Shown here one piece after another: positions 32,555 through 42,638 of a DNA stretch of 64,000 nucleotides. Numbering within the stretch: the first letter of the stretch is position 1; every line of letters starts with the position of its first letter. Origin of the DNA: Candidatus Latescibacterota bacterium (GTDB taxonomy: Bacteria; Latescibacterota; UBA2968; UBA8231); assembly GCA_965243025.1 (NCBI GenBank), contig CBDETY010000003.1, positions 192,001 to 256,000 of the forward strand, given 5' to 3'. Made by a program: the position numbers and the translations under genes. Under the pieces are notes generated by a model that was not told the origin of the DNA, ran no database searches, and was given only the letters and a program-made list of their open reading frames with translations.

Positions 32555-33313
32555 CTACAGTCTCCAGGTGTCGATTGCAGTGCCGCCGAAGATCCAGTCG
32601 CGGTCCCCGGAGTCGAGGTCGGAGAAGTACTCCCTCGGAAAGGTGAGGGAGTTGTCGTAACCCTCCCGGGAGCTTACCGGGGGGTAGTCGCTGCCCCACA
32701 TCAGTCGGCGGGGGCCGAACGCCTCCAGGGCCATGCGCGCCAGGGGAGGCACCTCCCGGAAGGGGTGGGGAAGCCGGCAGAACTCGCCGAAGCCGGGAAG
32801 CTTCATCGTCAGGTTCGGGTACGAGGCAAGCTCCAGCACCTGGGTGAACTCGCTGTACGGGGGCTTCTCGTCCTGGCCGACCCCGCCGAGGTGCTCGATG
32901 ACGATTTGCAGCTCCGTGAAGGTCTCGACGACCTCGCGGAAACGCGGGGACAGCAGGCTGGCGGGTGAGCAGAAGGCGCTGACCACGAGACCCAGCCCGG
33001 CAGCGGTGCGCCAGTGCGCGAGCGGGTCGGGGCAGGAAGCGCGCGAGTCGGCGAGCAGGCGGATGCCGCCGACACCCTGGTCCGCCCACCTGCGGATGGC
33101 GCTGCCGTCGTCGTCCTCAGCCACGATCATGGCCCCCTGGAGGCGGTCGGAGTGGGTGCCCAGGCAGTCGACAAGGTAGCTGTTGTCGCTGTTGCCGTTG
33201 TACTGGATGAGCACCGCCTTGTCGACCCCCGAGCGGTCCATGTGGAACAGCAGGTGTTCGATCGGCTCGTACTTGTGAATCCCGGTGTGGCAGTGGGTGT
33301 CGACGATATCCAT
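32555..33313 (-). CDS. Amidohydrolase_2 family protein
   Basis: VDTHCH, IEHLG, FGPRRLMWGSDYP. Confidence 0.88.
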   Translation of the reverse strand: MDIVDTHCHTGIHKYEPIEHLLFHMDRSGVDKAVLIQYNGNSDNSYLVDCLGTHSDRLQGAMIVAEDDDGSAIRRWADQGVGGIRLLADSRASCPDPLAHWRTAAGLGLVVSAFCSPASLLSPRFREVVETFTELQIVIEHLGGVGQDEKPPYSEFTQVLELASYPNLTMKLPGFGEFCRLPHPFREVPPLARMALEAFGPRRLMWGSDYPPVSSREGYDNSLTFPREYFSDLDSGDRDWIFGGTAIDTWRL

Positions 33314-33382
33314 GGTCGCCCTGTGTTGTGGCTCTCCCCGGCCAGCGGTCAGCCGGTGCGCCCGGAGCCAGCTCCCGGAATA

Positions 33383-34159
33383 TCAGTTGAGGTCCGGGCC
33401 GGCGGAGGTCGCCAGCTCGTCTGCGAGCTGGCGGTAGTTGCTGGCTCCTGTCGAACGCGGCTCGTGCAGGATGACGGGCTTGCCGAAGCTGGGGGCCGAG
33501 GCGAGGCTGACGTTGCGCTTGATCCGGGTGTCGTAAACCTTGTCCTCGAAGTAGGACCTGACTTCGGCCGCCACCCGCTTGGAAAGCTGCAGGCGCTCGT
33601 CGTACATCGTCAGGAGGACGCCTTCCACCTGGAGGTCGGGGTTGAGGTAGCGCTGCACGAGCTGCACCGAGTTGAGCAGCTTGCTCAGCCCTTCGAGGGC
33701 GTAGTACTCGCACTGCACCGGGATCAGCACCGAGTCGGCCGCGGACAGGGCGTTGACCGTCAGCAGCCCGAGGGATGGGGGACAGTCGAGGATAACGAAA
33801 TCGTAGTTGCCCTTAACTTCCTTCAGGGCTTCGGCGAGCTTCTTTTCGCGTCCGAAGACCGAGGCCATCTCGACCTCGGCTCCGGCCAGGCTGATGTTGG
33901 AGGGTACCAGCTCGAGATCGGGGATTTCACTCGAGCAGATCACGCCCTCGAGCGGGGCCTGGCCTACCAGCACTTCGTAAACGGAGCCGTCGTATCGCTC
34001 GAGGCCGGCTTCGCAGCCGCTGGTGGCGTTTGCCTGGGGGTCGAGATCGACGAGGAGGGTTCTGCGTCCGTTGGCGGCGAGGCAGGCCGACAGGTTGACC
34101 GCTGTGGTCGTCTTGCCCACGCCGCCCTTCTGATTGGCGATTGCGATGACTTTCCCCAT
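33383..34159 (-). CDS. parA: ParA/Soj family ATPase
   Basis: [41 protein letters not shown]. Confidence 0.93.
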   Translation of the reverse strand: MGKVIAIANQKGGVGKTTTAVNLSACLAANGRRTLLVDLDPQANATSGCEAGLERYDGSVYEVLVGQAPLEGVICSSEIPDLELVPSNISLAGAEVEMASVFGREKKLAEALKEVKGNYDFVILDCPPSLGLLTVNALSAADSVLIPVQCEYYALEGLSKLLNSVQLVQRYLNPDLQVEGVLLTMYDERLQLSKRVAAEVRSYFEDKVYDTRIKRNVSLASAPSFGKPVILHEPRSTGASNYRQLADELATSAGPDLN

Positions 34160-34381
34160 GTACCGCCCGCTTCCTCCGGTGGATTGGCTGCACGAAACGA
34201 TCCCGTCCAGCCCGCGCGCCGAGGGAACAGGTCAATCGCGAGGGAAAGGTATGTCGGGTTATTTCCGTGGAACCAGGTAGAAAAGTCTCGCTGCCGCCGA
34301 CGAGACAGGAGGGCAATATATGGCGGTTTCAGGGGAAATTGCAACAGTGTTATCGCCGTGCACCGGAACGAGAGGAAAGGA

Positions 34382-34783
34382 ATGGAATTCAACGATGACT
34401 GCACGGTCGTGGCCGAGCTGAAGGCCCGGGTTCGCGAGTTCGTGACCGCCCGGGACTGGGACCAGTTTCACCATCCCAAGGACCTCGCCATCGGGCTTGC
34501 GATCGAGGCTGCGGAGCTGCTCGAGCAGTTCCGCTTTCGCAGCAACGAGGAGGTCGAGGGCATGATGGCCGATCCCGGACAGCGGCAGCGTGTCGCCCAC
34601 GAGCTGGCCGACGTCCTGTACTTCGTGTTGCTGATGTGCGCCAACCTCGGACTGGACGCGAGTTCGATCCTGGCGGAAAAGCTGGAGCTGTCCGCGCAGC
34701 GGTACCCGGTCGAGGAAGCCCGGGGACGCAACCTCAAGTACACCGAGCTGCCGGCAGGGGCCGGCCGGAAGGAGGAGGAATGA
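34382..34783 (+). CDS. MazG-like nucleotide pyrophosphohydrolase (dCTP pyrophosphatase-like)
   Basis: RDWDQFHHPKDLA..EAAELLE, HELADV, RYP; AGGAAAGG RBS. Confidence 0.88.
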   Translation: MEFNDDCTVVAELKARVREFVTARDWDQFHHPKDLAIGLAIEAAELLEQFRFRSNEEVEGMMADPGQRQRVAHELADVLYFVLLMCANLGLDASSILAEKLELSAQRYPVEEARGRNLKYTELPAGAGRKEEE

Positions 34784-35616
34784 GCGCGCCGGGCTCCAAT
34801 ACCGAACGCCTGGTAGAGATCATGGCGCGGCTGCGCGCCCCGGACGGCTGCCCCTGGGACCGCGAGCAGACCCACGCCACCCTCAAACCGTTCCTCCTTG
34901 AGGAGGCGTACGAGCTGCTCGAGGCGATCGACTCCGGCAGCGACCGTGAGCTGATCGGGGAGCTGGGGGACGTTCTCCTGCAGGTGATATTCCATGCCCG
35001 GATCGCCGCCGAGGAGAAGCGCTTCACGATCGACGACGTCGCCGCGGCGATCGCCGACAAGCTGGTTCGTCGCCACCCGCACGTATTCGGCAGCACCGAG
35101 GTCGAGGACGCGGACGAGGTCGTCACCAACTGGGAGCGGATCAAGAGAGCGGAGCGGAAGGTGAGCCGCGAGCATCCGGTTTCGGCGCTCGACGGCGTGC
35201 CCGCGGAGCTTCCGGCGTTGCTGCGCGCGCAGCGAATCCAGGAGAAGGCCTCGAAGACGGGGTTCGACTGGGAACATGCCGGGGGTGCACTCGACAAGGT
35301 CGCCGAAGAGTTCGAGGAGTTGCGCCGGGAACTGGGGGCGAAGGAGGGGATCCCGGGTTCCGTCGGATCAAAAACCGGCCAAGGCGAGGGCCGCCGCGTA
35401 GAGGAAGAGATGGGGGACCTGCTGTTCGCCCTTGTCAACGTCGGACGCTTCCTGCGCCTCTGTCCCGAGGAAGCGCTGCGGCGGGCGGTCGCGAAGTTCG
35501 AGCGCAGGTTCCGCACCGTCGAGGAGCGCTTCCGTGACGCCGGCCGCGAGCTCGAGGATGCCTCGCTCGAGGAGATGGACCGCGTCTGGGAGGAGGTGAA
35601 GGACTCGGAAGTGTGA
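34780..35616 (+). CDS. mazG: Nucleoside triphosphate pyrophosphohydrolase MazG
   Basis: GCPWDREQT, EEAYE, ELGDVLLQ, RRHPHVF, GFDW, EEMGDLLF. Confidence 0.95.
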   Translation: MSAPGSNTERLVEIMARLRAPDGCPWDREQTHATLKPFLLEEAYELLEAIDSGSDRELIGELGDVLLQVIFHARIAAEEKRFTIDDVAAAIADKLVRRHPHVFGSTEVEDADEVVTNWERIKRAERKVSREHPVSALDGVPAELPALLRAQRIQEKASKTGFDWEHAGGALDKVAEEFEELRRELGAKEGIPGSVGSKTGQGEGRRVEEEMGDLLFALVNVGRFLRLCPEEALRRAVAKFERRFRTVEERFRDAGRELEDASLEEMDRVWEEVKDSEV

Positions 35617-35664
35617 GGGGCGGCGTCCCGGCACCCCCACACGGCCTTGAAGGGGAGGCTGCCC

Positions 35665-38016
35665 TCACCCGAGGCGATAGCCGACGCGGGACTCGTTGAA
35701 GAGGTAGATGGGGTTGTTGGCGTGGTCTCCGAGCTTCCGGCGGAGGTTCTTGACGGCGGCGCGCAACGGCCGCAGGTCCGTGTGGGAGGGGCTCCAGACC
35801 CTTTGCAGCAGGTGATCGTAGGTCACCACCCGGCCGGCGTGAATCGACAGCTCCGCCAGCAGGCGATACTCGATGTCGGTCAAGCGCACGCGCTGTCCGG
35901 ACACGGCCACACTGCGTCCGGCGTAGTCGATGGTCAGCTCTCCCAGCACAAACGGTTGGGTGGGCTCGGACGGGCCGGCGTCCGCCCGCTTGCGCAGGGC
36001 CGCGCGGATCCGTGCGGCCAGTTCCGTCCCAGAGAAGGGCTTGACCATGTAGTCGGCCGCCCCGGAGTCGAAGGCCCGGGCGATCACTTCGTCCTGGCCG
36101 TAGGCGGACAGGAAGATGACGGGCGCATTCGATGTCCTGGACAACTCCTGCATCAATTCGACGCCGTCGATGCCGGGCAGCACCAGGTCTAGCAACACCA
36201 GTTGGGGGTGGTGTTTTTTCATGAGGCCGGCCACCTCCCCGGGGTCGGCGGTCACGACGGGAACAAAGCCTGATTTGCGAAGGGAATCCCGCACGGTGCG
36301 CAACGTTTGCGGGTCGTCGTCCACCACAAGGATGCGCGTTCCATCCCGTTTCGCCTGCCCCCTGCTGCCCGTCGTCCGCGCCGGACCTGAAGCGGGTGCA
36401 TCCCTGGCTTCTTCGGCCAGGGGAAGGGTGAAGGTGAAGCGTGTGCCCTTGCCCACCCCGTCGCTGTCGGCCCAGATGCGTCCTCCATGGGCCTCGACAA
36501 TGCCTCTGCAGATAGCCAAGCCCAGCCCTGTCTCCTCCTCGCCGGCGAACCGGTCTGGTTCCTTGCGCCTGGGGAATTTCCGGAACAGATGCGGCAGGCG
36601 CTCCGCCGCCACGCCTTTCCCAAGGTCGGCCATCGAGACCTCCAGGTGGACACCCTCCCTGACCGCCGTGATCCGGACGGTGGTCGACTCGGGGGAGTGC
36701 CGGGCTGCGTTGTCCAGCAGGTTGCCCAGGACTTGCACGATGCGCCGCTGATCTGCCATCACCCGAGGCAGATCCGGAGGCAACTCGATGCACAGGGGAT
36801 GCCGGCCGCCGCCGCTGAGGAAGGCATTCCGGGCTTCGTCCACCAGATCGGCCAGAGAGACTGGCTCGGGATGAATCGGAAGGGTACCCGTTTCAATTCG
36901 CGCCACGTCCAGCAGGTCGTGGATCAAGTCTGTCATGCGGTCGGCCTGCTGATTGATGATGCGAAAGAACGGGGCCATCTCGACCGCATCCAGGTTCGCA
37001 GTGCCGCCCAGCACGGTCACCGCGGCCCCCTTGATGGCCGCCAGCGGGGTGCGCAGCTCGTGGCTGACAACGGCAAGGAACTCGGCCCGGAGCATCTCCT
37101 GCTCCTCCAAGGGCTTCATATCCTGCAGAGTGACGACATATGCCTCGATGTTGCCTTCCTCGGAGCGGATGGGCGTGGCGTTGATCAAGACGGTGATTTC
37201 TCGCCCGTCGGGGACTGAAAAGACGATCTCCTCGGCGCGCACCGAGTCCCCGGCCTGCAGGGCCTCCGTCAGAAACGGGGTTCCGAGGGGGATCTCACTG
37301 CCGTCGCCCCTGCGGACGGTCATGGTTTCCATCAACTGATCCACGGACAGCTCCGGGGCGAGGCCCTTCACAAGCCGCATCGCCTCCCGGTTGGACGACA
37401 CCGGTGTGGCCGTACGGCCGTCGATGACCATGACGCCTATGGGCGAGGTGTCGATCAAGGTCTCCAGGTCCGCACGCGCCCGCTGCTCGTCCCGGTGTCG
37501 CCTGGCGTTGGCGATGACCAGGGCCGCCTGAGAGGAGAACATCGCCAGAGTCTCTTCGTCTTCCCGGGTGAACTCCTGTCCGGGTTCCTTCTTGCCGAGA
37601 TAGATGTTTCCCTTCCACTCTCCCTGGTGATTGATGGGGGCCGCCAGGAAGGCGCTCATCCGGGTGGGCAGGCGGAACTCGGAGATCCCCAGCAGTCGGG
37701 TGTAGGTGGCGAAGTCCCGGACTCTCCTCGGTGCCGGAATTCGGCAGAACTTCTCGTTTTTTGTCGTCTCCCAGATTTGGTGCCTCTCCTCGAAAGTCAG
37801 ACCGGAGGCAATGAAGTCTTCCACCTGCCCTGACCCGTCGAAGGTGGTGATCACGCCGTAACGGGCCTCGGTCAGGGACCGGGCGCTGTCCAGGACCCCC
37901 TGCAACACGGTCTCGACATCGAGACTCTCGTTGATGCGCAGGCTCGCCTGGCTCAATCGCGACAGGCGTTCCCGAAGGGTCTTGACCTCTCGTTCAAGGG
38001 CTTCGACTGGCAGCAT
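35665..38016 (-). CDS. Cytoplasmic hybrid two-component protein GAF-PAS-HisKA-HATPase-REC-OmpR wHTH (paralog 1)
   Basis: SHELRTPL, QVLGNLLDNA, GLGLAIC, VVDDDP, LLDLVLPG, KPF, LTDIEYRLL, RVGYR; no TM; start ATG 38016 (or TTG 38031). Confidence 0.9.
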   Translation of the reverse strand: MLPVEALEREVKTLRERLSRLSQASLRINESLDVETVLQGVLDSARSLTEARYGVITTFDGSGQVEDFIASGLTFEERHQIWETTKNEKFCRIPAPRRVRDFATYTRLLGISEFRLPTRMSAFLAAPINHQGEWKGNIYLGKKEPGQEFTREDEETLAMFSSQAALVIANARRHRDEQRARADLETLIDTSPIGVMVIDGRTATPVSSNREAMRLVKGLAPELSVDQLMETMTVRRGDGSEIPLGTPFLTEALQAGDSVRAEEIVFSVPDGREITVLINATPIRSEEGNIEAYVVTLQDMKPLEEQEMLRAEFLAVVSHELRTPLAAIKGAAVTVLGGTANLDAVEMAPFFRIINQQADRMTDLIHDLLDVARIETGTLPIHPEPVSLADLVDEARNAFLSGGGRHPLCIELPPDLPRVMADQRRIVQVLGNLLDNAARHSPESTTVRITAVREGVHLEVSMADLGKGVAAERLPHLFRKFPRRKEPDRFAGEEETGLGLAICRGIVEAHGGRIWADSDGVGKGTRFTFTLPLAEEARDAPASGPARTTGSRGQAKRDGTRILVVDDDPQTLRTVRDSLRKSGFVPVVTADPGEVAGLMKKHHPQLVLLDLVLPGIDGVELMQELSRTSNAPVIFLSAYGQDEVIARAFDSGAADYMVKPFSGTELAARIRAALRKRADAGPSEPTQPFVLGELTIDYAGRSVAVSGQRVRLTDIEYRLLAELSIHAGRVVTYDHLLQRVWSPSHTDLRPLRAAVKNLRRKLGDHANNPIYLFNESRVGYRLG

Positions 38017-38236
38017 TCTCTTTTCTCCCAAAGTGTAACCCTTGTGAAGTCCTGAGCCATCAACAGGCTCGGTTTCTGCAAAATTTAGAATATCATAGAA
38101 AAATCATCAGGACAAGCCACAAAATTCATTTTCCCCTCATACATTCGCAATACCTTATGTAACACTATCTGCAACATAGCACAAAGCGATGAACCGTATG
38201 GAACCGAGAGAGAAATCACACGAGAGAGTAAATCAG

Positions 38237-38463
38237 ATGATGAAGAGGCTTCCGTTGATCCTCATGGCTTGGTTGTTGGCCACGGTCCTGTTCGACCAGG
38301 AGAGCCGCGCCCGGGATTGTACCAGCTTGAATCTGCCCGACGGCTCCCTCGCCCGTCCGGGCAAAGGAACCTTCGGAGGGCTTGACCGAGCGGTGGCCTG
38401 TTCGCCGGACGGCACGCGGCTGGCGGCGGCCAGCGGCATGGGTACCTGGCTGTGCGATCTGAA
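38237..38463 (+). pseudogene. Truncated N-terminus of a secreted WD40-repeat protein
   Basis: signal peptide then LPDGSLARPGKG...AVACSPDGTRLAAASGMGTWLCD; similarity ends after one blade. Confidence 0.6.
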
Positions 38464-38533
38464 GAGGAGCGAACCGCGAATCGAAAGGGGGGGAGGGTGG
38501 AAATGGACGAACCCTCCCGCAAAGGGCCGCGGT

Positions 38534-40915
38534 TTACCCGGGATCCTGTCCCGGTTCCTGGCTTTTCGGCATGCGGTAGCCGACGCGGCGCTCGACGAAC
38601 AAGTAGGTGGGGTTGGCCGCGTTGTCGTTGAGCTTGATGCGCAGTCTTCTCACGAGGGTGCGGACCACGCGCATATCCCCGGAGTGGGCCGGGCCCCAAA
38701 TCCTTCTCAGCAGCTGGTTGTGGGTGACCACGCGTCCGGCGTTAGCGGACAGCTCGAGGAGCAGGTCGTACTCGGCGGCGGTCAGGTCCAGGGTACGGCC
38801 GGCCAGGGTGACGCGGCGTTCGACGTAGTCGATGGTCAGATCCCCCGACACATAGGATTCGGCCGACTCGGTCGAAGTCCCCGCCTCCCCCTTCCGTAAA
38901 GCCGCCCGGACCCGGGCTACCAGCTCCGTCGGCGAAAAGGGCTTGCGGATGTAATCGGAGGCCCCCGACTCCAAAGCCCGCGAAACGATCTCGTCGCCGC
39001 CGTAGCCGGACAGGAAGATGACGGGTATGTCGGTCATGCAGAGGAGATCCTTCATCAGCTCGAGCCCGTCGACTCCGGGCAGCACGAGGTCGAGCAGGAC
39101 CAGGTGGGGCTTGTGCTGCTTCATGAGGACCGGCACCTGTTCCGGGTCGGCGGTGGCTATCGGGTCGAACCCCGCTTCGGTAAGCGCGTGCCGCACGTAC
39201 CGGAGCGTCTGCGGGTCGTCGTCGACCACGAGGATGCGCGATCTCCGTTTCCCCCTTTTGGGCGAACCTCGGGAGGCAGAGTCCCCGTCGCAGGCATCTC
39301 TGACGGCCGGAATCGTGAACGTGAACCGTGCTCCCTGCCCGGGCCCGTCGCTCTCGGCCCAGATGCGGCCCCCGTGGGCTTCCACCACCCCCTTGCATAT
39401 TGCCAGGCCCCGGCCCGACCCGCCGTTCGAGTCGGCCGGGGCGAGCTTACGGAACAGGTGCGGCAGCTGTTTGGCGGACAGGCCCTGGCCCTCGTCGGCG
39501 ACACACACGGCCACGTGGAGGTCCTGCCGGACGGCGGTCACCTGGATGGGGGAGGAATCCGGCGAGTGCCGGGCGGCGTTGGACAGCAGGTTGCCCAACA
39601 CCTGGACGATGCGCCGCCGGTCCGCCATCACCAGAGGCAGGTCCGGCGCCAGGTAGATGTGGAGGTTGTCCCGACCCCCTCCGCTCAGGAAGATGTTCCG
39701 GGCCCGGTCCACCATGGCCGGGACCTCCGCGGCTTCGGGAGCGATCTGCAGCCTGCCGGTCTCGATGTGGGCGGCATCGAGCAGGTCGCCGATCAGCTCG
39801 CGCATGGACTCGGCCTGCTCGAAGATGATCCGGTGGAATTGGCGAACCTCGGCCGGGTCCAGCTCCGAGGAGGGGTTCAGCAGGGCGTTGGCCGAGCCCA
39901 GGACCGAGGTCAGCGGAACCCGCAACTCGTGGCTGACCGTTCCCAGGAAGTCGGTCCGCAGCCGCTCCAGTTCCTCCAAGTGCTCCAAGTCCTGCATGGT
40001 CACGACATAGGACTCGATTTCCCCCTCCCCCGAGGGGATGGGCGTGGCGTTGATCAGCGTGGTGACCGAGCGTCCGTCCGGCACCTGGATGACGATCTGC
40101 TCGGCGCGCACCGTCTCCCCGACGCTCAACGCCTGGGTCATGGGCAACTCTTGCAGGGAGATCTCCCGCCCGTCGGCACGCCGGTAGGTCACGACTTCGA
40201 GGAGCTGCTCGTAGAGTTGTTCCGGATTGCGCAGACCCTCGACAATCCGCCTCGCCTCCCGGTTGAACGATTTGGGCGCGCCCGTCCTGACATCGAAAAC
40301 CACTATGCCTACCGGGGACGTGTCGATCAAGGTTTCGAGGTCGGTCTTGGCCCGCTGTTCCTGCCGGTACCGGCGGGCGTTGGCGATCACCAGCGCCGCC
40401 TGCGAGGCGAAAAGGACCAGGGTATCCTCGTCTTCCCCGGTGAACGCCCGCCCGGCTTCCTTTCCCCCCAGGAAGAGGTTGCCGGCCCGCTCGCCCCGAT
40501 GGAAGATCGGCGCGGCCAGAAAGGAGAGGACCGGGCCTGCAGACAGGGGAATATGCGGCTCCGGCAGGCCCCGAGACCGGAGGTGTCCGAGCAGGTCGGG
40601 GAGCCGGAGGGGGGAGGGAAGGTTGCCGAGATACTCGTAGAGCCGCATCCCCTCGGACATGCCCAGGACACGCCGCTCTTCTTCGGCCGTAATCCCCGAA
40701 GAGAGAAATTCCCGGGGACAACCCGACTCGTCGAGCACGGTCATCACCCCATACCGGGCTCCCGTCAGCGACCGGGCCGAGTCCAGGACCCCCTGCACCA
40801 CCGTGTCGAAGTCGAGGCTCTCGTTGATGCGCAGGCTGGCCTCGCTCAACCGGGACAGGCGCTCACGCAGAGCCTGTATCTCCCGATCGCGTCGGGTGGC
40901 TCTATTCGACTTCAC
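38534..40915 (-). CDS. Cytoplasmic hybrid two-component protein GAF-PAS-HisKA-HATPase-REC-OmpR wHTH (paralog 2)
   Basis: SHELRVPL, QVLGNLLSNA, VVDDDP, LLDLVLPG, LTAAEYDLL, RVGYR; collinear with paralog 1. Confidence 0.9.
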   Translation of the reverse strand: MKSNRATRRDREIQALRERLSRLSEASLRINESLDFDTVVQGVLDSARSLTGARYGVMTVLDESGCPREFLSSGITAEEERRVLGMSEGMRLYEYLGNLPSPLRLPDLLGHLRSRGLPEPHIPLSAGPVLSFLAAPIFHRGERAGNLFLGGKEAGRAFTGEDEDTLVLFASQAALVIANARRYRQEQRAKTDLETLIDTSPVGIVVFDVRTGAPKSFNREARRIVEGLRNPEQLYEQLLEVVTYRRADGREISLQELPMTQALSVGETVRAEQIVIQVPDGRSVTTLINATPIPSGEGEIESYVVTMQDLEHLEELERLRTDFLGTVSHELRVPLTSVLGSANALLNPSSELDPAEVRQFHRIIFEQAESMRELIGDLLDAAHIETGRLQIAPEAAEVPAMVDRARNIFLSGGGRDNLHIYLAPDLPLVMADRRRIVQVLGNLLSNAARHSPDSSPIQVTAVRQDLHVAVCVADEGQGLSAKQLPHLFRKLAPADSNGGSGRGLAICKGVVEAHGGRIWAESDGPGQGARFTFTIPAVRDACDGDSASRGSPKRGKRRSRILVVDDDPQTLRYVRHALTEAGFDPIATADPEQVPVLMKQHKPHLVLLDLVLPGVDGLELMKDLLCMTDIPVIFLSGYGGDEIVSRALESGASDYIRKPFSPTELVARVRAALRKGEAGTSTESAESYVSGDLTIDYVERRVTLAGRTLDLTAAEYDLLLELSANAGRVVTHNQLLRRIWGPAHSGDMRVVRTLVRRLRIKLNDNAANPTYLFVERRVGYRMPKSQEPGQDPG

Positions 40916-41466
40916 CGCATCCTTTCGAACCGGGTTCTCTGCTCAGGTAAGTCGTTTAGGCTTTCCGCTGGGTCTCTGAAACCCGAGTCGGGAACCGGAC
41001 AGAGACCGGTCTGGGCAGATGGGATCCAGGGAGGGAGGAGACCCCGTCAAGCCTCCAATGTCATCTAAAAATGATTTTTTAACCCCGAAATATCATCCAA
41101 GGATCACGAAACATTCAGTATTATTAATTTGCATCATCAGGTCACCATTCCGAAGTCCTCCGTTGCCTTTTCAGCGAATGATACGTTCGATTCGATTTGA
41201 CGACAACTCATTCTCCAAAGGGTGGAAAACGAGAATTGGATGCGCAAAGAATTCAGGCGTTTACGCAATCACCAGAGGTAGTTAACCCATATTATAAGGA
41301 AAGAGAAAAGTGCCCCTCAAGATCCTGGAAAGCGCGACTGCGGTACGCAGGAGGTACTTACCCCGGATTTGCCTTCGCCAAATCATTGGTTTCGTGAGTC
41401 GTTGTGGAACAACGAACCCACTGGAAAACCTTACGACGCGGGACGTGATCCTTTTTTGAGTACGAA

Positions 41467-42105
41467 ATGACTACGCGCCTATTACTTGCAGGGAATCACA
41501 CGATCGCACGAGAAGGGTTGCGAGTATTTCTTGAACGTGAAAACGATTTTAAGGTGGTCGGAGAATGCGAAGACGGTCGCACCGCGGTCAACATGGTTCG
41601 CAAAGTCTCTCCGGATGTGGTGGTCATGGACGCGGTCCTTCCCGAACTGAACGGCGTCGAGGCGACGCGCCAGATCTGCGCCGAAGCCCCCGAGGTCAAG
41701 GTGGTAGGCCTGTCCATTCACCACGACAACTTCCTCGGACGCATGATGCGGGCGGGGGCTTCGGCTTACCTGGGAAAAACGGACAGCGCCCGGAACCTGG
41801 TTGAAGCGATTCGGCAGACATTGGCCGGGAACAAGTACGTGAGCCCGCAATTGATCGATGCCTTTGTCGGGTATATGCAGGGCCCGGAGAATAACGGGTC
41901 GCCCGTTCTGACCCCGAGGGAACGAGAGGTGCTTCAGCTCACCGCCGAGGGGAAATCACCCAAGCAAACGGCCGCGCAGCTCATGGTAAGCGAGAAAACC
42001 GTACGCTCCCAACTGGGGCGGCTCATGCACAAACTCCACCTGCACAACGTGGCGGCACTGACCAAGTACGCGATCAGAGAAGGGGTCACCTCCCCCGATC
42101 CGTGA
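41467..42105 (+). CDS. NarL/FixJ family response regulator (atypical receiver)
   Basis: REC (VVMD, YLGK) and LuxR HTH LTPREREVLQL..GKS..SEKTV; N-terminal LLAGNH instead of LLADDH. Confidence 0.9.
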   Translation: MTTRLLLAGNHTIAREGLRVFLERENDFKVVGECEDGRTAVNMVRKVSPDVVVMDAVLPELNGVEATRQICAEAPEVKVVGLSIHHDNFLGRMMRAGASAYLGKTDSARNLVEAIRQTLAGNKYVSPQLIDAFVGYMQGPENNGSPVLTPREREVLQLTAEGKSPKQTAAQLMVSEKTVRSQLGRLMHKLHLHNVAALTKYAIREGVTSPDP

Positions 42106-42123
42106 ATCTCCGGCCTGGCTGGT

Positions 42124-42410
42124 TGAACAGGTGATGGTAACTCCCTGACACCGCCCCCAAAGCGGAATAGTCAGGCCCGTTTTTCAACAACTGCTTTCCA
42201 CTGTCCAGGGGCTCGGCACAGAGCCCTTTCTTGAACGCCTGAAGCGGGGTCATTCCGTTCGTGTTGCGACCCTGATTCGGGCGTTTTCCGTTGTACTGAA
42301 CAGGCATGCATTCAAGTCCCTTCTGCATGCGCTTCAGAATTCATACCGCGTCTTTGCCAAACCGAATTAACAGTCCCAGACCAATGGCTCGTCAAGACCT
42401 GACGGTGCTC
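42124..42410 (-). mobile_element. IS481-family transposase 3' remnant
   Basis: MQKGLE..YNGKRPNQGRNTNGMTPLQAFKKGL followed by an end-like TGTCAGGGAGTTACCATCACCTGTTCA; frameshifted. Confidence 0.6.
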
Positions 42411-42447
42411 GGTTCCCTGTAGCAGCAGTATTCAGTTAATCAAGCAT

Positions 42448-42508
42448 AGGCATTTCGGAAGTTACGTTGAGGCAATTCGGAAGTAATAATTAGGCAATTT
42501 CGGAGTAT
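42448..42508. repeat. Three phased direct repeats (AGGCA-w-TT-CGG-A-GT-like), 22-bp period
   Basis: AGGCATTTCGGAAGT 42448, AGGCAATTCGGAAGT 42470, AGGCAATTTCGGAGT 42492. Confidence 0.8.
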
Positions 42509-42638
42509 TAATTCGGCATTTGAGGACTCCCATTTCAATATCTGCACCATAGTGAATCGCACAATGATATGTTAAAATTGATAATAACTAATCGCCATAG
42601 GCGTTTCCGACTATGAATGATTGAAAAACCTATACCTG

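Noticed and set aside
34256-34275. parS site upstream of parA (TATTTCCGTGGAAC)
   Set aside because: Only a half-site match to TGTTTCACGTGAAACA
33014-34381. N-terminal part of the 589-aa ORF
   Set aside because: Antisense shadow of parA; only 34382-34783 is a recognisable gene
35617-35665. att duplication of the tmRNA 3' end at the left island boundary
   Set aside because: No match to CCGCCTCCACCA seen and no integrase in the window
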